Position numbers and translations under genes: made by a program
Notes under the pieces: generated by a model
Seen by the model: only the letters and a program-made list of their open reading frames with translations
Told to the model about the DNA's origin: nothing
Database searches by the model: none
Shown: positions 9,862 through 19,400 of the stretch, piece by piece
Position numbering within the stretch: position 1 is the first letter of the stretch
How the letters are laid out: the number at the start of each line of letters is the position of its first letter
Source of the DNA: Bacteroidales bacterium
Lineage (GTDB): Bacteria; Bacteroidota; Bacteroidia; Bacteroidales; JAEINX01
Direction of reading: 5' to 3'
Assembly: GCA_016342645.1 (NCBI GenBank)
Contig: JAEINX010000001.1
Coordinates: forward strand, 34,582 to 98,581
DNA length: 64,000 nucleotides

Positions 9862-10941
9862 ATGGCTTATATAACATTAGATATTAAAAAACTCAAATCA
9901 AATTTTGAATACCTTAATACACTTTTTAAAAAAAATGGTATTGAATGGTCAGTTGTTTCCAAAATATTAAGTGGCAACAAAATATATTTAACAGAATTGT
10001 TGAAATTTGATATAAATCAGATATGCGACTCACGTGTATCTAATTTAAAGATGATTAAATCAATAAATTCTAAAATTGAGACCATTTATATTAAACCACC
10101 TGCAAAGCGAGCAATCCCAACAGTGGTAAAATATGCCGATGTGAGCATGAATACAGAAATTGAAACTATCAAGCTGTTAGCAGAAGAAGCAAAAAAACAG
10201 AACAAAATTCACAAAATAATCATTATGATTGAATTGGGTGAACTTCGCGAGGGTGTAATGGGCGACGATTTTATGGGATTTTATGAAAGTGTTTTCAAAT
10301 TAAAAAATATTCAAGTGGTGGGCATTGGTACTAATCTAACATGCCTATATGGCGTATTGCCAAATCATGATAAATTAATTCAATTGAGTTTATATGAACA
10401 ATTAATTGAAGCTCGATTTAACAGACAAATCAAATATGTTTCTGGAGGTTCGTCTGTCACAATTCCATTAATTTTTCAAAATCTATTGCCTCGAGGAATC
10501 AATCATTTTAGAGTGGGGGAAACTCTTTTTTTAGGTACCGATGTTTATAATAATAGAGCTGTAAAAAAAATGAATTCGGATGTGTTTAAATTCTATTCTG
10601 AGATAATTGAATTAACCGAAAAACCGATTGTTCCTGAAGGAGACCTCGGCACTAATGTTGAAGGAGAGGATTTCGAATTTGACCCAGAAAATATTGGCGA
10701 AACTTCAAATAGGGCAATTATAGACATAGGGTTGCTTGATGTAGATATTAATCATCTTAAGCTAGTTGACAAAACCTTAAAAATTGCCGGAGCAAGTTCA
10801 GATATGATCGTTATTGACCTTGACAAAAATAAAAAGAAATATAAAGTTGGCGATTTGATTGAATTTAAATTAGATTATATGGGAACTCTCAGAATACTAA
10901 ACTCCAAATATATTGAAAAGAAGATAAAAAACGGTAGCTAA
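9862..10941 (+). CDS. Alanine/ornithine racemase family PLP enzyme (YhfX/Orr-like)
   Basis: TIM-barrel racemase N-domain with candidate PLP lysine VVSKIL, plus GGSSVT and FRVGETLFLGTD. It starts 2 nt after the alr stop. Confidence 0.7.
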   Translation: MAYITLDIKKLKSNFEYLNTLFKKNGIEWSVVSKILSGNKIYLTELLKFDINQICDSRVSNLKMIKSINSKIETIYIKPPAKRAIPTVVKYADVSMNTEIETIKLLAEEAKKQNKIHKIIIMIELGELREGVMGDDFMGFYESVFKLKNIQVVGIGTNLTCLYGVLPNHDKLIQLSLYEQLIEARFNRQIKYVSGGSSVTIPLIFQNLLPRGINHFRVGETLFLGTDVYNNRAVKKMNSDVFKFYSEIIELTEKPIVPEGDLGTNVEGEDFEFDPENIGETSNRAIIDIGLLDVDINHLKLVDKTLKIAGASSDMIVIDLDKNKKKYKVGDLIEFKLDYMGTLRILNSKYIEKKIKNGS

Positions 10942-11106
10942 TAATAAATGTTTATATAATGAATCATATGAATGCACAGCAATATTGTGAATCTGTTGAG
11001 CAAAAATACTGCAGGCATAAACAACTTCTTCCAACGATTCAAATTATAGAAAACAAGTCCTCATTAATCAGTCTGAAGGAATACGGATTTAATTTAATAT
11101 TGTATA

Positions 11107-11175
11107 TATTAATCGAAAAGTATCCACTCTATTAATCGAAAAGTATCCACTCTATTAATCGAAAAGTATCCACTA
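11107..11175. repeat. Perfect-to-near-perfect tandem repeat, 3 x 23 bp (tattaatcgaaaagtatccactc)
   Basis: Units at 11107-11129, 11130-11152 and 11153-11175. Only the last base of unit 3 differs. Confidence 0.95.
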
Positions 11176-11376
11176 AAAAAGCTTAAACAGCCTTGCTATA
11201 TTGCATTTCATTTATTTTGTATTAGGGGAATATTAAAAAAGGTTCCCAAAAAACACTTCATACGGACCAATTTCTTGGCTAATTTTTCATCATTTTCCTG
11301 AGTGCCCTCGAAATCCGCTCCTTTTAACCTGCCCCAATTTTTTTTCTGTGAATATTTAATCTTTTTTTATTATTGG

Positions 11377-11521
11377 TTTCATAATATGAATTATTTTTTG
11401 TTTTTTTGTTTAAAAATTATTTTAAAATGCTTTACGGCTTGGTTATATTGAAAAAAATAATAGAAGTTTTAAAAATAAATACATTGAAATAAGATAACAA
11501 ATAATGGCCATAGAAGAAATA
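11377..11521 (+). repeat. Copy B of the ~145-bp imperfect direct repeat (partner at 2331-2477)
   Basis: See copy A. This copy lies 129 nt upstream of the GNAT gene at 11650. Confidence 0.85.
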
Positions 11522-11649
11522 AAAACTATTAACGTTCTATTGCATACCCAATTGGGTGAATAAACGCAAAAACCATGAGGTATTTCGAATTAAATACAAT
11601 TACGTATTTTATGGATTATTTACTTTAGACACACAATAAAATTAATTCT

Positions 11650-12183
11650 ATGTATTTAGATGGGTCAGAAACAAATAGATTGTTAATTAGAAAACTTGAA
11701 GTTTCGGATATAGCTATTTGGGAAACATTTTTTGAAAACAATAATTTTTTGCCATTTCTGGGATTAGATTTAACCTTAAATAAAAAAACCCAATCAAAAA
11801 ATTGGATTGAAAGGCAGTTGTGGAGATATGAGAATAATAAGTTTGGACATCATGCACTTATTGATAAACAAACTAATAATCTAATTGGACAATGTGGTTT
11901 GCTTACTCAGGAAATAGACAATAAAATAGAAACTGAAATAGGATACCATATTATTCCTGAATATTGGGGTAAAGGATACGCAACTGAAGCAGCAAAGAAA
12001 TTTCGTGATTATGCTTTTGAAAAAGACTTGTGTAATTCATTAATATCAATTATTGATATCAGAAATATTGCTTCACAGAAAGTGGCTGAAAAAAATGGTA
12101 TGAGAAAAACCAAACAGGTAAGATATAATAGTTTGGATGTTTATATCTATAGAATAGAAAAAGATGAATATAAAAACTTATAA
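11650..12183 (+). CDS. GNAT family N-acetyltransferase (RimJ/RimL-like)
   Basis: 177 aa with the RimJ-like pattern (LLIRKLEVSD, IGYHIIPEYWGKGYATEA, NIASQKVAEKNGM). Confidence 0.8.
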   Translation: MYLDGSETNRLLIRKLEVSDIAIWETFFENNNFLPFLGLDLTLNKKTQSKNWIERQLWRYENNKFGHHALIDKQTNNLIGQCGLLTQEIDNKIETEIGYHIIPEYWGKGYATEAAKKFRDYAFEKDLCNSLISIIDIRNIASQKVAEKNGMRKTKQVRYNSLDVYIYRIEKDEYKNL

Positions 12184-12188
12184 CAAAT

Positions 12189-12545
12189 ATGAATAATCAG
12201 AATATTTCATTTCAAACCATTGATTGGACAAAAGTTCTAAAGACAGAACACAAAGGCGAAACCGGAGTTGCGTATTGGCAAACCAAGCAATTTCAAGGTT
12301 TACGGCTTAGAATAGTTGAATATTCTAAAGGCTATATTGCTGACCATTGGTGTGAAAAAGGACACATTGTGCATTGTTTGGAAGGAGACTTTACGAGCGA
12401 ACTCATAAATGGTAAAAAATTTAATTTAACAAAAGGAATGAGCTATGTAGTTTCAGATGAGTTAAGTTCGCATCGCTCAGTTACAAAAAATGGAGTCAAG
12501 TTATTGATTATTGACGGAGATTTTTTAAAACTCAAAACCGAATAG
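12189..12545 (+). CDS. Small cupin-fold protein
   Basis: 118 aa with a beta-rich cupin-like pattern and an ADHWCEKGHIVHCLEG metal-site-like motif. Confidence 0.6.
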   Translation: MNNQNISFQTIDWTKVLKTEHKGETGVAYWQTKQFQGLRLRIVEYSKGYIADHWCEKGHIVHCLEGDFTSELINGKKFNLTKGMSYVVSDELSSHRSVTKNGVKLLIIDGDFLKLKTE

Positions 12546-12556
12546 ATAATAAAAAA

Positions 12557-12586
12557 ATAGCCGGAAGTTTTTTTGCTTCCGGCTAT
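12557..12586. terminator. Bidirectional rho-independent terminator between convergent genes
   Basis: Perfect 11-bp stem atagccggaag / cttccggctat with a T-rich loop, flanked by A- and T-runs. Confidence 0.75.
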
Positions 12587-12612
12587 CTAATGTATTAAGA
12601 AAAATCTATCTC

Positions 12613-15111
12613 TTACTTAAGAATCAGTTTCTTAACTTTTGTTGAAAATTCGCCAATAAACTTAAGATGATAAATTCCGGATTGATACTTTGTGAGATCA
12701 AGAATCACCTCATCATTACCCTTAAGGTTAAAAACTGCAACAGTTTTTCCGCTTGAAGCGAAAAGAATCACTTTATTAAATTCTTTAACATTATTGATTT
12801 TTATGCTTCCATCTGAAGGATTTGGATAAACTGATATTTCCCTGTCAATATTTAGTGATAAACTTTTTGTGATGTTAATTACACTATACTCACCATCGCT
12901 CGAAGGATAAACTTCTTCGGTATAAGCATCATAATAAGGATTAAGCATGGTATATTCTATAGGGATAATAGATTTTGTTGTTGAATTCCAAACTTTTAGA
13001 ATAATTGGATTACCTGCTTCATATCCTTTTTCAAGATTTGTTGTACTGAAAACAGCAAGTTCATTATCAAAAGCATAATTAGAATTAATTTTCATTGCTC
13101 CTACTAAAGTTTCGTCAGCGAAGGCAGCAACTTCATCACCAATATTTAATCCATCAATATAAATTGAATAAACCGGATCAGCAGCATTTCCTCCCGTGAA
13201 ATTAAAGTATTCGGTAGTGATTTTTGACGCATTTGAGAATTTTTTATCAGTTGAAGGATAAATTAAAACATCGTCATTATTCATTTTAACGAGGTAGCCT
13301 TCGGTCGGAATTAGGTTTCCAATTCCGTTTATCCAGTTAGGCCCGATTTTGCGAAGCATATCGCCGGTTGAGTTCCTTACGAAATCAAGATTTTCTAAAA
13401 CATCTGTGAACGCAACAATGGCGTCAATTGGAGAATCAAGCAACATACTGATAAAATGATAACCGGTAGATAAACCAATGGGAGTTTGTGGATCAATCGG
13501 CTCACCTGATAAATACAAATCTTCCTCTCCGGTCATTTTAAATAAATAACCCTCGGTGGTAACCCAATCACCAATTCCATTTATCCAATTCGGGCCTATC
13601 TTTCTTAGCATATATCCAAGTGAATTTCTTACATAAGCCAAATTATCGCCCATAATATCACCTAATACAGCCATCATATCAGGTTCCGAAAATATAAGAT
13701 TTGTTGAAACAAATTGAAATCCTACATATAAATTAATTGGTTCGGAACATGGGCCGCAACTACTAAAACATACAAGGTCTAAAACTGTATTAACTTCAGG
13801 TACTGTAAAAAACCGGTTAGTATATTGAGAACATTCATCGGGTACTATTTCGGCATCATCCCATGTTATTCCATTAATAAATTTATATTCATAGAAATCA
13901 TTGGAAGTAAGAATAGTTGTGTATGTATAAATATCGTTTCCGGTTGTAGTCATTTCAGTAGCACCGGGATCCCATCCCTGGAAACCACCTGCAACATGTA
14001 CTCCGTCTGCTGAAACTTCTTCGTTGCTCATGTCAACCTGGAAAGTAATTTCAACATCAACCGGAGGATTGCCGCATGGGCCGCATTCACCGTAACATAC
14101 AACATCTAAAGTGGTGTTAACATCAGGAACAGTAAGAAATCGATTATTATTGTTCGAGCATTCTGGTGGTACCATTTCATCTTCTCCCCATTCGTCTCCA
14201 TTGAGGTACTTAAACTCATGGTATTGTTCGCTTGTCAAAGTAAGGGTAACAGCGTAAATATTATCTCCCATATCTGATAATTCGGTTGAGGTTGTATTCC
14301 AACCCTGAAAACTTCCTGCAACATGAACTCCGTCTGCTGAAACTTCTTCGTTAGTCATATCAACCTGAAAAGTTACATCTACTTCAACAGGCTGTCCGCC
14401 ACATGGATCACAACTTCCAAAACAAACAAGGTCTAAAACAGTATTCGCATCAGGCACTGTCAGGAATCTGTTATTATTATTGGAACACTCGGGAGGAACG
14501 CTTTCATCTTGTCCCCATTGATTTCCATTAATGAATTTGTATTCGTAATAATCACCAACCGAAAGAATAAGAGTTACCTGATAAACATTATCGCCAACAT
14601 CGGTAAGTTCGGTTGTTCCAGGATCCCAACCCTGGAAACTACCAGCAACATGAACACCATCGACTGAAACTTCTTCATTTGTCATATCAACCTGAAAAGT
14701 AATTTCTACTTCAGGGGGAGCACAAACGACACAACTACCAAAACATACAGCTTCCAAAACTGTGGCATCTTCGGGAACTGTGATAAAACGATTTCCGTTT
14801 TGGGCACAACCTGCCGGCACACCTTCATCTTGTCCCCATTGATTACCATTTACGAATTTATACTCAAAATACGCTCCAACTTCTAAGTCTAACGTAATTG
14901 CGTAAATTGCATCCGTTTCTATAAAGAGCTCGGTGGCAGCCGGATCCCATCCCTGAAAACTTCCTGCAACATGAACACCGAATTCAGAAACAATCTGTTC
15001 GGCCATGTCAACCCTAAAGGTGACGTCAACAGCATTTGCTTTATTTGTAAATCCGATAAGAAATACCGTAATTAGCAAAATGCCTGTAAATTTTGTGATA
15101 AAATTTTTCAT
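12613..15111 (-). CDS. Secreted protein: 4x Cys-containing starch-binding-domain-like repeats + shared cassette + T9SS CTD
   Basis: Signal peptide, then four ~105-aa repeats (F.VDM...GVHVAGSFQGW...YEYKF.NG..WG.DE.VP.EC...NRF.TVP....L..VCFGSC..C). Cassette repeats A/B follow, then the GGNAAD domain and a CTD (ISVYPNP...YHLKF). Confidence 0.85.
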   Translation of the reverse strand: MKNFITKFTGILLITVFLIGFTNKANAVDVTFRVDMAEQIVSEFGVHVAGSFQGWDPAATELFIETDAIYAITLDLEVGAYFEYKFVNGNQWGQDEGVPAGCAQNGNRFITVPEDATVLEAVCFGSCVVCAPPEVEITFQVDMTNEEVSVDGVHVAGSFQGWDPGTTELTDVGDNVYQVTLILSVGDYYEYKFINGNQWGQDESVPPECSNNNNRFLTVPDANTVLDLVCFGSCDPCGGQPVEVDVTFQVDMTNEEVSADGVHVAGSFQGWNTTSTELSDMGDNIYAVTLTLTSEQYHEFKYLNGDEWGEDEMVPPECSNNNNRFLTVPDVNTTLDVVCYGECGPCGNPPVDVEITFQVDMSNEEVSADGVHVAGGFQGWDPGATEMTTTGNDIYTYTTILTSNDFYEYKFINGITWDDAEIVPDECSQYTNRFFTVPEVNTVLDLVCFSSCGPCSEPINLYVGFQFVSTNLIFSEPDMMAVLGDIMGDNLAYVRNSLGYMLRKIGPNWINGIGDWVTTEGYLFKMTGEEDLYLSGEPIDPQTPIGLSTGYHFISMLLDSPIDAIVAFTDVLENLDFVRNSTGDMLRKIGPNWINGIGNLIPTEGYLVKMNNDDVLIYPSTDKKFSNASKITTEYFNFTGGNAADPVYSIYIDGLNIGDEVAAFADETLVGAMKINSNYAFDNELAVFSTTNLEKGYEAGNPIILKVWNSTTKSIIPIEYTMLNPYYDAYTEEVYPSSDGEYSVINITKSLSLNIDREISVYPNPSDGSIKINNVKEFNKVILFASSGKTVAVFNLKGNDEVILDLTKYQSGIYHLKFIGEFSTKVKKLILK
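12862..13731 (-). repeat. Shared C-terminal cassette copy 1 (repeats A+B 13255-13731, GGNAAD domain 12862-13212)
   Basis: YVRNSLGYMLRKIGPNWINGIGDW and FVRNSTGDMLRKIGPNWINGIGNL, then FNFTGGNAADPVYSIYIDGLNIGDEVAAF. Confidence 0.85.
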
Positions 15112-15276
15112 AAGTAATAGTTTTTATTAATAAATATGTTTAATTAGTTTATAATTCCAATGATAAACGGCTTAAAATTAGTAAATTTTAATAGATGTAA
15201 CAAAAAAAACAGGTTTTTTTTTAATTTTTTGGAAATAAATGAAAATTTTATTATGGAAGCCCTTGGAACTTACTGA

Positions 15277-15290
15277 TGCAAACGTTTGCT
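15277..15290. promoter_or_regulatory. LacI-family operator-like palindrome tgcaaacgtttgct
   Basis: Matches the TGnAAnCGnTTnCA LacI-family pattern at 13 of 14 palindromic positions. It lies 166 nt upstream of the ATG at 15111. Confidence 0.55.
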
Positions 15291-15342
15291 ATGAAAGGTA
15301 TTTTAAAGAAATAAAATGAATAAAAAAAAGAAATTCATACCT

Positions 15343-16350
15343 TTAGGTCGAATTTCTGATAATAAGTTTTGTTTTTATTTGCTTTTCCTCCGGTAAAAAA
15401 TCTTCATCTCCATTTTTAATTCTTTTAAACAGCAGTTTTGTTGCTTCCCTGCCTATTTCATATCCGAATTGATCAATTGAAGTCAGGCTTGGAGTTGTTA
15501 TTTCCGCACTAAAGCTATTTTCGAAACCAATAATTTTAACATCCTCGGGGATTTGTAATCCTAATGCTTTACTTGCTAACATTATACCAAAAGCTGTTTT
15601 GTCGTTGACAGCAAAAACACCATCCGGCCTTTCAGCTTTTTTAAAAACTGAAAGTGCTATTCTTCGGCTATCTGAAAAAGTATCGCACGGAAAAAAAAGA
15701 TTTTGATCAATGGGAATACTATTATCGGTTAAAGCATTTTTATAACCTTCGTACCTGTTTTTACCGATTGAAAGGTTTGTTGGGGCCGAAAATATAGCGA
15801 TCCGTTTACAACCTCTTTCTATTAAATGAGTAACAGCAATGTAAGCTCCATGGTAATCATCCGACATCACTTTATCAACATTTAATTCATCGCTAATCCT
15901 GTCGAATAAAACTAATGGAATTTTACAACTAATTAATTTTTTGATGTGGGAAAGGTCTTTAGTTTCTTTTGATATTGACACCAAAACACCATCAACTCTA
16001 TTTGATAACAGGCTTTGTGTGTTAATAACCTCGCGTTTGTAAGATTCATTTGATTGTGATATAAAAACATTAAAGTCGTTATTGTAGGCAATTTCCTCAA
16101 CTCCACTTATTACGGTTGAAAAATAACTATGCATTATCTCCGGAATAATTAGCCCGATTGTTCTTGTCGATTTATTTCTAAGGTTCAAAGCAATCTGATT
16201 TGGTTTATATCCAAGCAAATCGGCAAGTTCTTTTACGGCTTTTTTTGTCTTAGGGCTTATGTCGGGATGGTCGCTTAATGCTCTGGAAACAGTAGAGATA
16301 GAATATCCTAATTTTAAGGCAATGTCTTTTATTGTTATCTGATGTTCCAT
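15343..16350 (-). CDS. LacI family transcriptional regulator
   Basis: N-terminal HTH ITIKDIALKLGYSISTVSRALSD followed by a periplasmic-binding-protein-like sugar domain. The ORF track starts at a GTG (16359); the ATG at 16350 is preferred. Confidence 0.9.
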   Translation of the reverse strand: MEHQITIKDIALKLGYSISTVSRALSDHPDISPKTKKAVKELADLLGYKPNQIALNLRNKSTRTIGLIIPEIMHSYFSTVISGVEEIAYNNDFNVFISQSNESYKREVINTQSLLSNRVDGVLVSISKETKDLSHIKKLISCKIPLVLFDRISDELNVDKVMSDDYHGAYIAVTHLIERGCKRIAIFSAPTNLSIGKNRYEGYKNALTDNSIPIDQNLFFPCDTFSDSRRIALSVFKKAERPDGVFAVNDKTAFGIMLASKALGLQIPEDVKIIGFENSFSAEITTPSLTSIDQFGYEIGREATKLLFKRIKNGDEDFLPEEKQIKTKLIIRNST

Positions 16351-16418
16351 AGCAAACACGAAATATTAAAATACTTAACCGACAAAAATACAAAAAGTAT
16401 TTAGATAGAAATGTTTTT

Positions 16419-16432
16419 TGCAAACGATTGCA
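16419..16432. promoter_or_regulatory. LacI-family operator-like palindrome tgcaaacgattgca
   Basis: 12 of 14 palindromic positions match, with the same half-site as 15277-15290. It lies about 70 nt upstream of the lacI start, suggesting autoregulation. Confidence 0.55.
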
Positions 16433-16486
16433 TTAATTCATTAAAAAAACTTGTTACTTGTTTTTTTTCTTTTGCTATAAATATCG

Positions 16487-19400
16487 TTATAAAATTATAA
16501 GTTTTTGAATTTTAAAGTTATTATCCGATTGAATTTTAACATAATAAACTCCGGTTTTCAAATCCGAAATATTTATTGAATGAGAAATATCACTTTTAAA
16601 AAGAAGCTGCTCACCAAGCGAGTTAAAAATTGTTATTGAAAGCCGGGAATCTGCAGGCAAAAAATAAATAATATCACGGGCAGGATTAGGATAAAATGAT
16701 AGCTTTTCTTTTTGAGAATTTATTGAAGATAAAGATTTTTCAACATTGATAACACTATAAAAACCATCATCTGTGGGATAAACTTTTTCAATGTATGCTT
16801 CATCATTATCACTTATCATTTCATATTCAAATGGAATTATTGATTGAGTTGAAAAATCCCAAACTTTTAAAATTATTTGATTACCTGATTTATATCCTCC
16901 TTCGGAATTAGTTGTACTAAAAACCGAAAGTTCATTATCAAAAACATTTTGAGAGTTGATTTTGACTGCACCGATAATATTATTGCCTTCAAAAGCAGCT
17001 ATTTCATCACCAATTTCCAAACCTGAAACATAAATCGTGAAAACAGGATCTGCTGCGTTTCCACCTTCGAAATCGAAATGCACAGGTTTTAAATTTTCTG
17101 CTCCCGCAAATTTTTCCTTTGAATCAGGATAAATCAGAATATCCGAATCATTCATTTTTACGAGATAGCCCTCTTTTTGATTTAGGTTTCCAATTCCATT
17201 TACCCATACAGGGCCAATTTTGCGAAGCATATTACCGCTTGAATTTCTAACAAAATTTAGATTGTCTAAAACATCATTAAAAGCCACTAAGGCATCCATT
17301 TGATTTGTTCGCAAATAACTAATAAATTGGTAACCGCTTAAAAGTCCAATAGGAGTTTGAGGATCAATAAATTCTCCTGCCACTTCAAAACTGTCGGCAG
17401 AATTCATTTTAACCAAATATCCTTCGGTTGTAATCCAATCACCGATTCCATTCACCCATACAGGCCCGATTTTTCGAAGCATGTTTCCTTCTGAATTTCT
17501 TACAAAATCAAGATTGCTGTTTAGAATATCCGATAAAACCTGAACCATTTCCGGATTATCAGGAATTAAATTTGAAGAAATGATTTGATAACCTGCATTT
17601 AAATCAAATTCAAGCATATGAGTTCCGGGTAATATTTCGATTTGCCATATAATTTCATCAGTTTGATTATTCGGAACATTATCACTAACAATGGCTGTTA
17701 GCGTATGCTCGCCAACATTTGATTCTTCGGCAAGTATTGAATAGCTTGAAATTTCTGAAACTAATTCATCATCAAACATCCAACTGTAAATTAAATTGTC
17801 ATTCTCGGGATCCGAAGCTACAATCGAAAAGTCGATAGTTTCGCCAAGCTGCATCGAAATATTTAATTGTTCGGGTTCATAACTAATGATTTCAGGAGGT
17901 AAGTTTGGTAAAACAAAAGCTTGGTTTGGAGTCATTCCGCTTACTGGCATCGTTGTTGAAACATAAGGTTCGAAAAATGCATAAACCTTCGATAAAGTGG
18001 GATGATTTCCTGTTGAGTTTCCTAAGGGGAATGATTTAGGAATTATTTGATTATCTTCTTCAGAAATATGAACTGAAATAACTATTCCCTGAGGGTTGTT
18101 GAGAGAGTTCCACGGAATTGATATTTCCGTCAATCCGTTTTCCTGCCAGCCTTCATAAGAATTGCATCCTGCACCTCCCGGATATTGCCAGCCTTTTGCT
18201 TCCCATTTATTTAATTGGATTGAGCCTCCGCCACCTTCGATTGCTACTTGATATTCCGGCAGGAAAGGATCTGCAAAATCAACTCTTCCCCATGAACCTG
18301 TGGAAGCTCCGCTTCCTGAAATTTGATCGGTGTCGATATTTACAAAAAGATCACCTTCTGAATTCAGATCAAATTCATAAAAACCTATATAAAGATTTTG
18401 GTCGTCCCAGGTTATAAAAACCGAATATTCATCAAAATCCATTAATTCAGTTTCAGGATCAAAATCGTTTGTACCGTCAATATTTACTGAATGGGGTGTT
18501 GAACCGGATAAAGTCGTAAAATTCGCAATGTTTTCTCCTTCAATTTGATTACCGTTTAAATCCATTATGTTCTCTGCAATAATCTGTCCTGCATCACCGG
18601 GTATCCAATTTTCCTGAATGTTTAGGTGAACTTTTCGCCAATCCGATTGACGAACAGCCGAAACCAAAGTGTAATTATTTGAAAAAGAAACAAGCGAATA
18701 ATTTGTTATATTTTGAGAAGTTGCGAGATCGACAGCTTCGCTAAAAGTTAATTCAACAGTATTTTGATCAATTTGAAAAGCCAGGTCATTTAATTGCGGA
18801 GGTATGAAATCCATGTTTTGAGCGGCAAGAATATTTAATTCAGGTACAACTGTTCCCGAAGGCGTTGAAGTCGGGCCTGCAAATAATCTTGTATTAAATT
18901 GATTATATCCTGTTATTTCATCACCTTTAACCAAAGTTCCTTCGAACTCAATATTGTGATTAGCCCCACCATTTCCGAGTATCAATGCAACAGTTGCTCC
19001 TGAAGCTGAATTTCGTTGGCCGCAATATGAGCCGTAATCACCCCAGATTCTTTGTATGTGATCTTTACCCGACCAGATTAAGTCCATCAGACCGGGCGAC
19101 CAACCTGATTTTATATATCCGTTTCCATCAAAAAAGTCGTAATAAACATCAAGATAATTAACTTCGGAAGTTAGTTCAATGGTTTTATTTACACCCGATT
19201 GCGAGAAGTTAACCCTGGCTATATCGCCGGAACTTTGCAGGATATCAATTTCATAAATTGAGTTCTGTTGATTAGGATAAACATCGGAAAGTGCTGCAAC
19301 ATGATTGTTGGAGTTTTCATTATAATCGCCATCGGTTTCAGCCCAGTAAGCCATATCTGATCCAACCACGGAATAAGCTACTCCCATATCGTTTTTATAA

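Noticed and set aside
10959-11138. 59-codon ORF MNHMNAQQYCESVEQKYCRHKQLLPTIQIIENKSSLISLKEYGFNLIL... after the racemase operon, considered as a truncated D-Ala-related enzyme gene
   Set aside because: I cannot match it to any family from memory. It runs into the tandem repeat and is short. It may be a gene remnant, but there is no support for a call.
11107-11175. CRISPR array
   Set aside because: The three 23-bp units are directly adjacent with no spacers, and there are no cas genes. This is a simple tandem repeat.
2331-11521. Interpreting the 145-bp repeats as IS or transposon terminal repeats
   Set aside because: The repeats are direct rather than inverted. No transposase or integrase lies between or beside them, and no short target-site duplication is evident. 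They are kept only as a possible island boundary or duplicated promoter (see findings).
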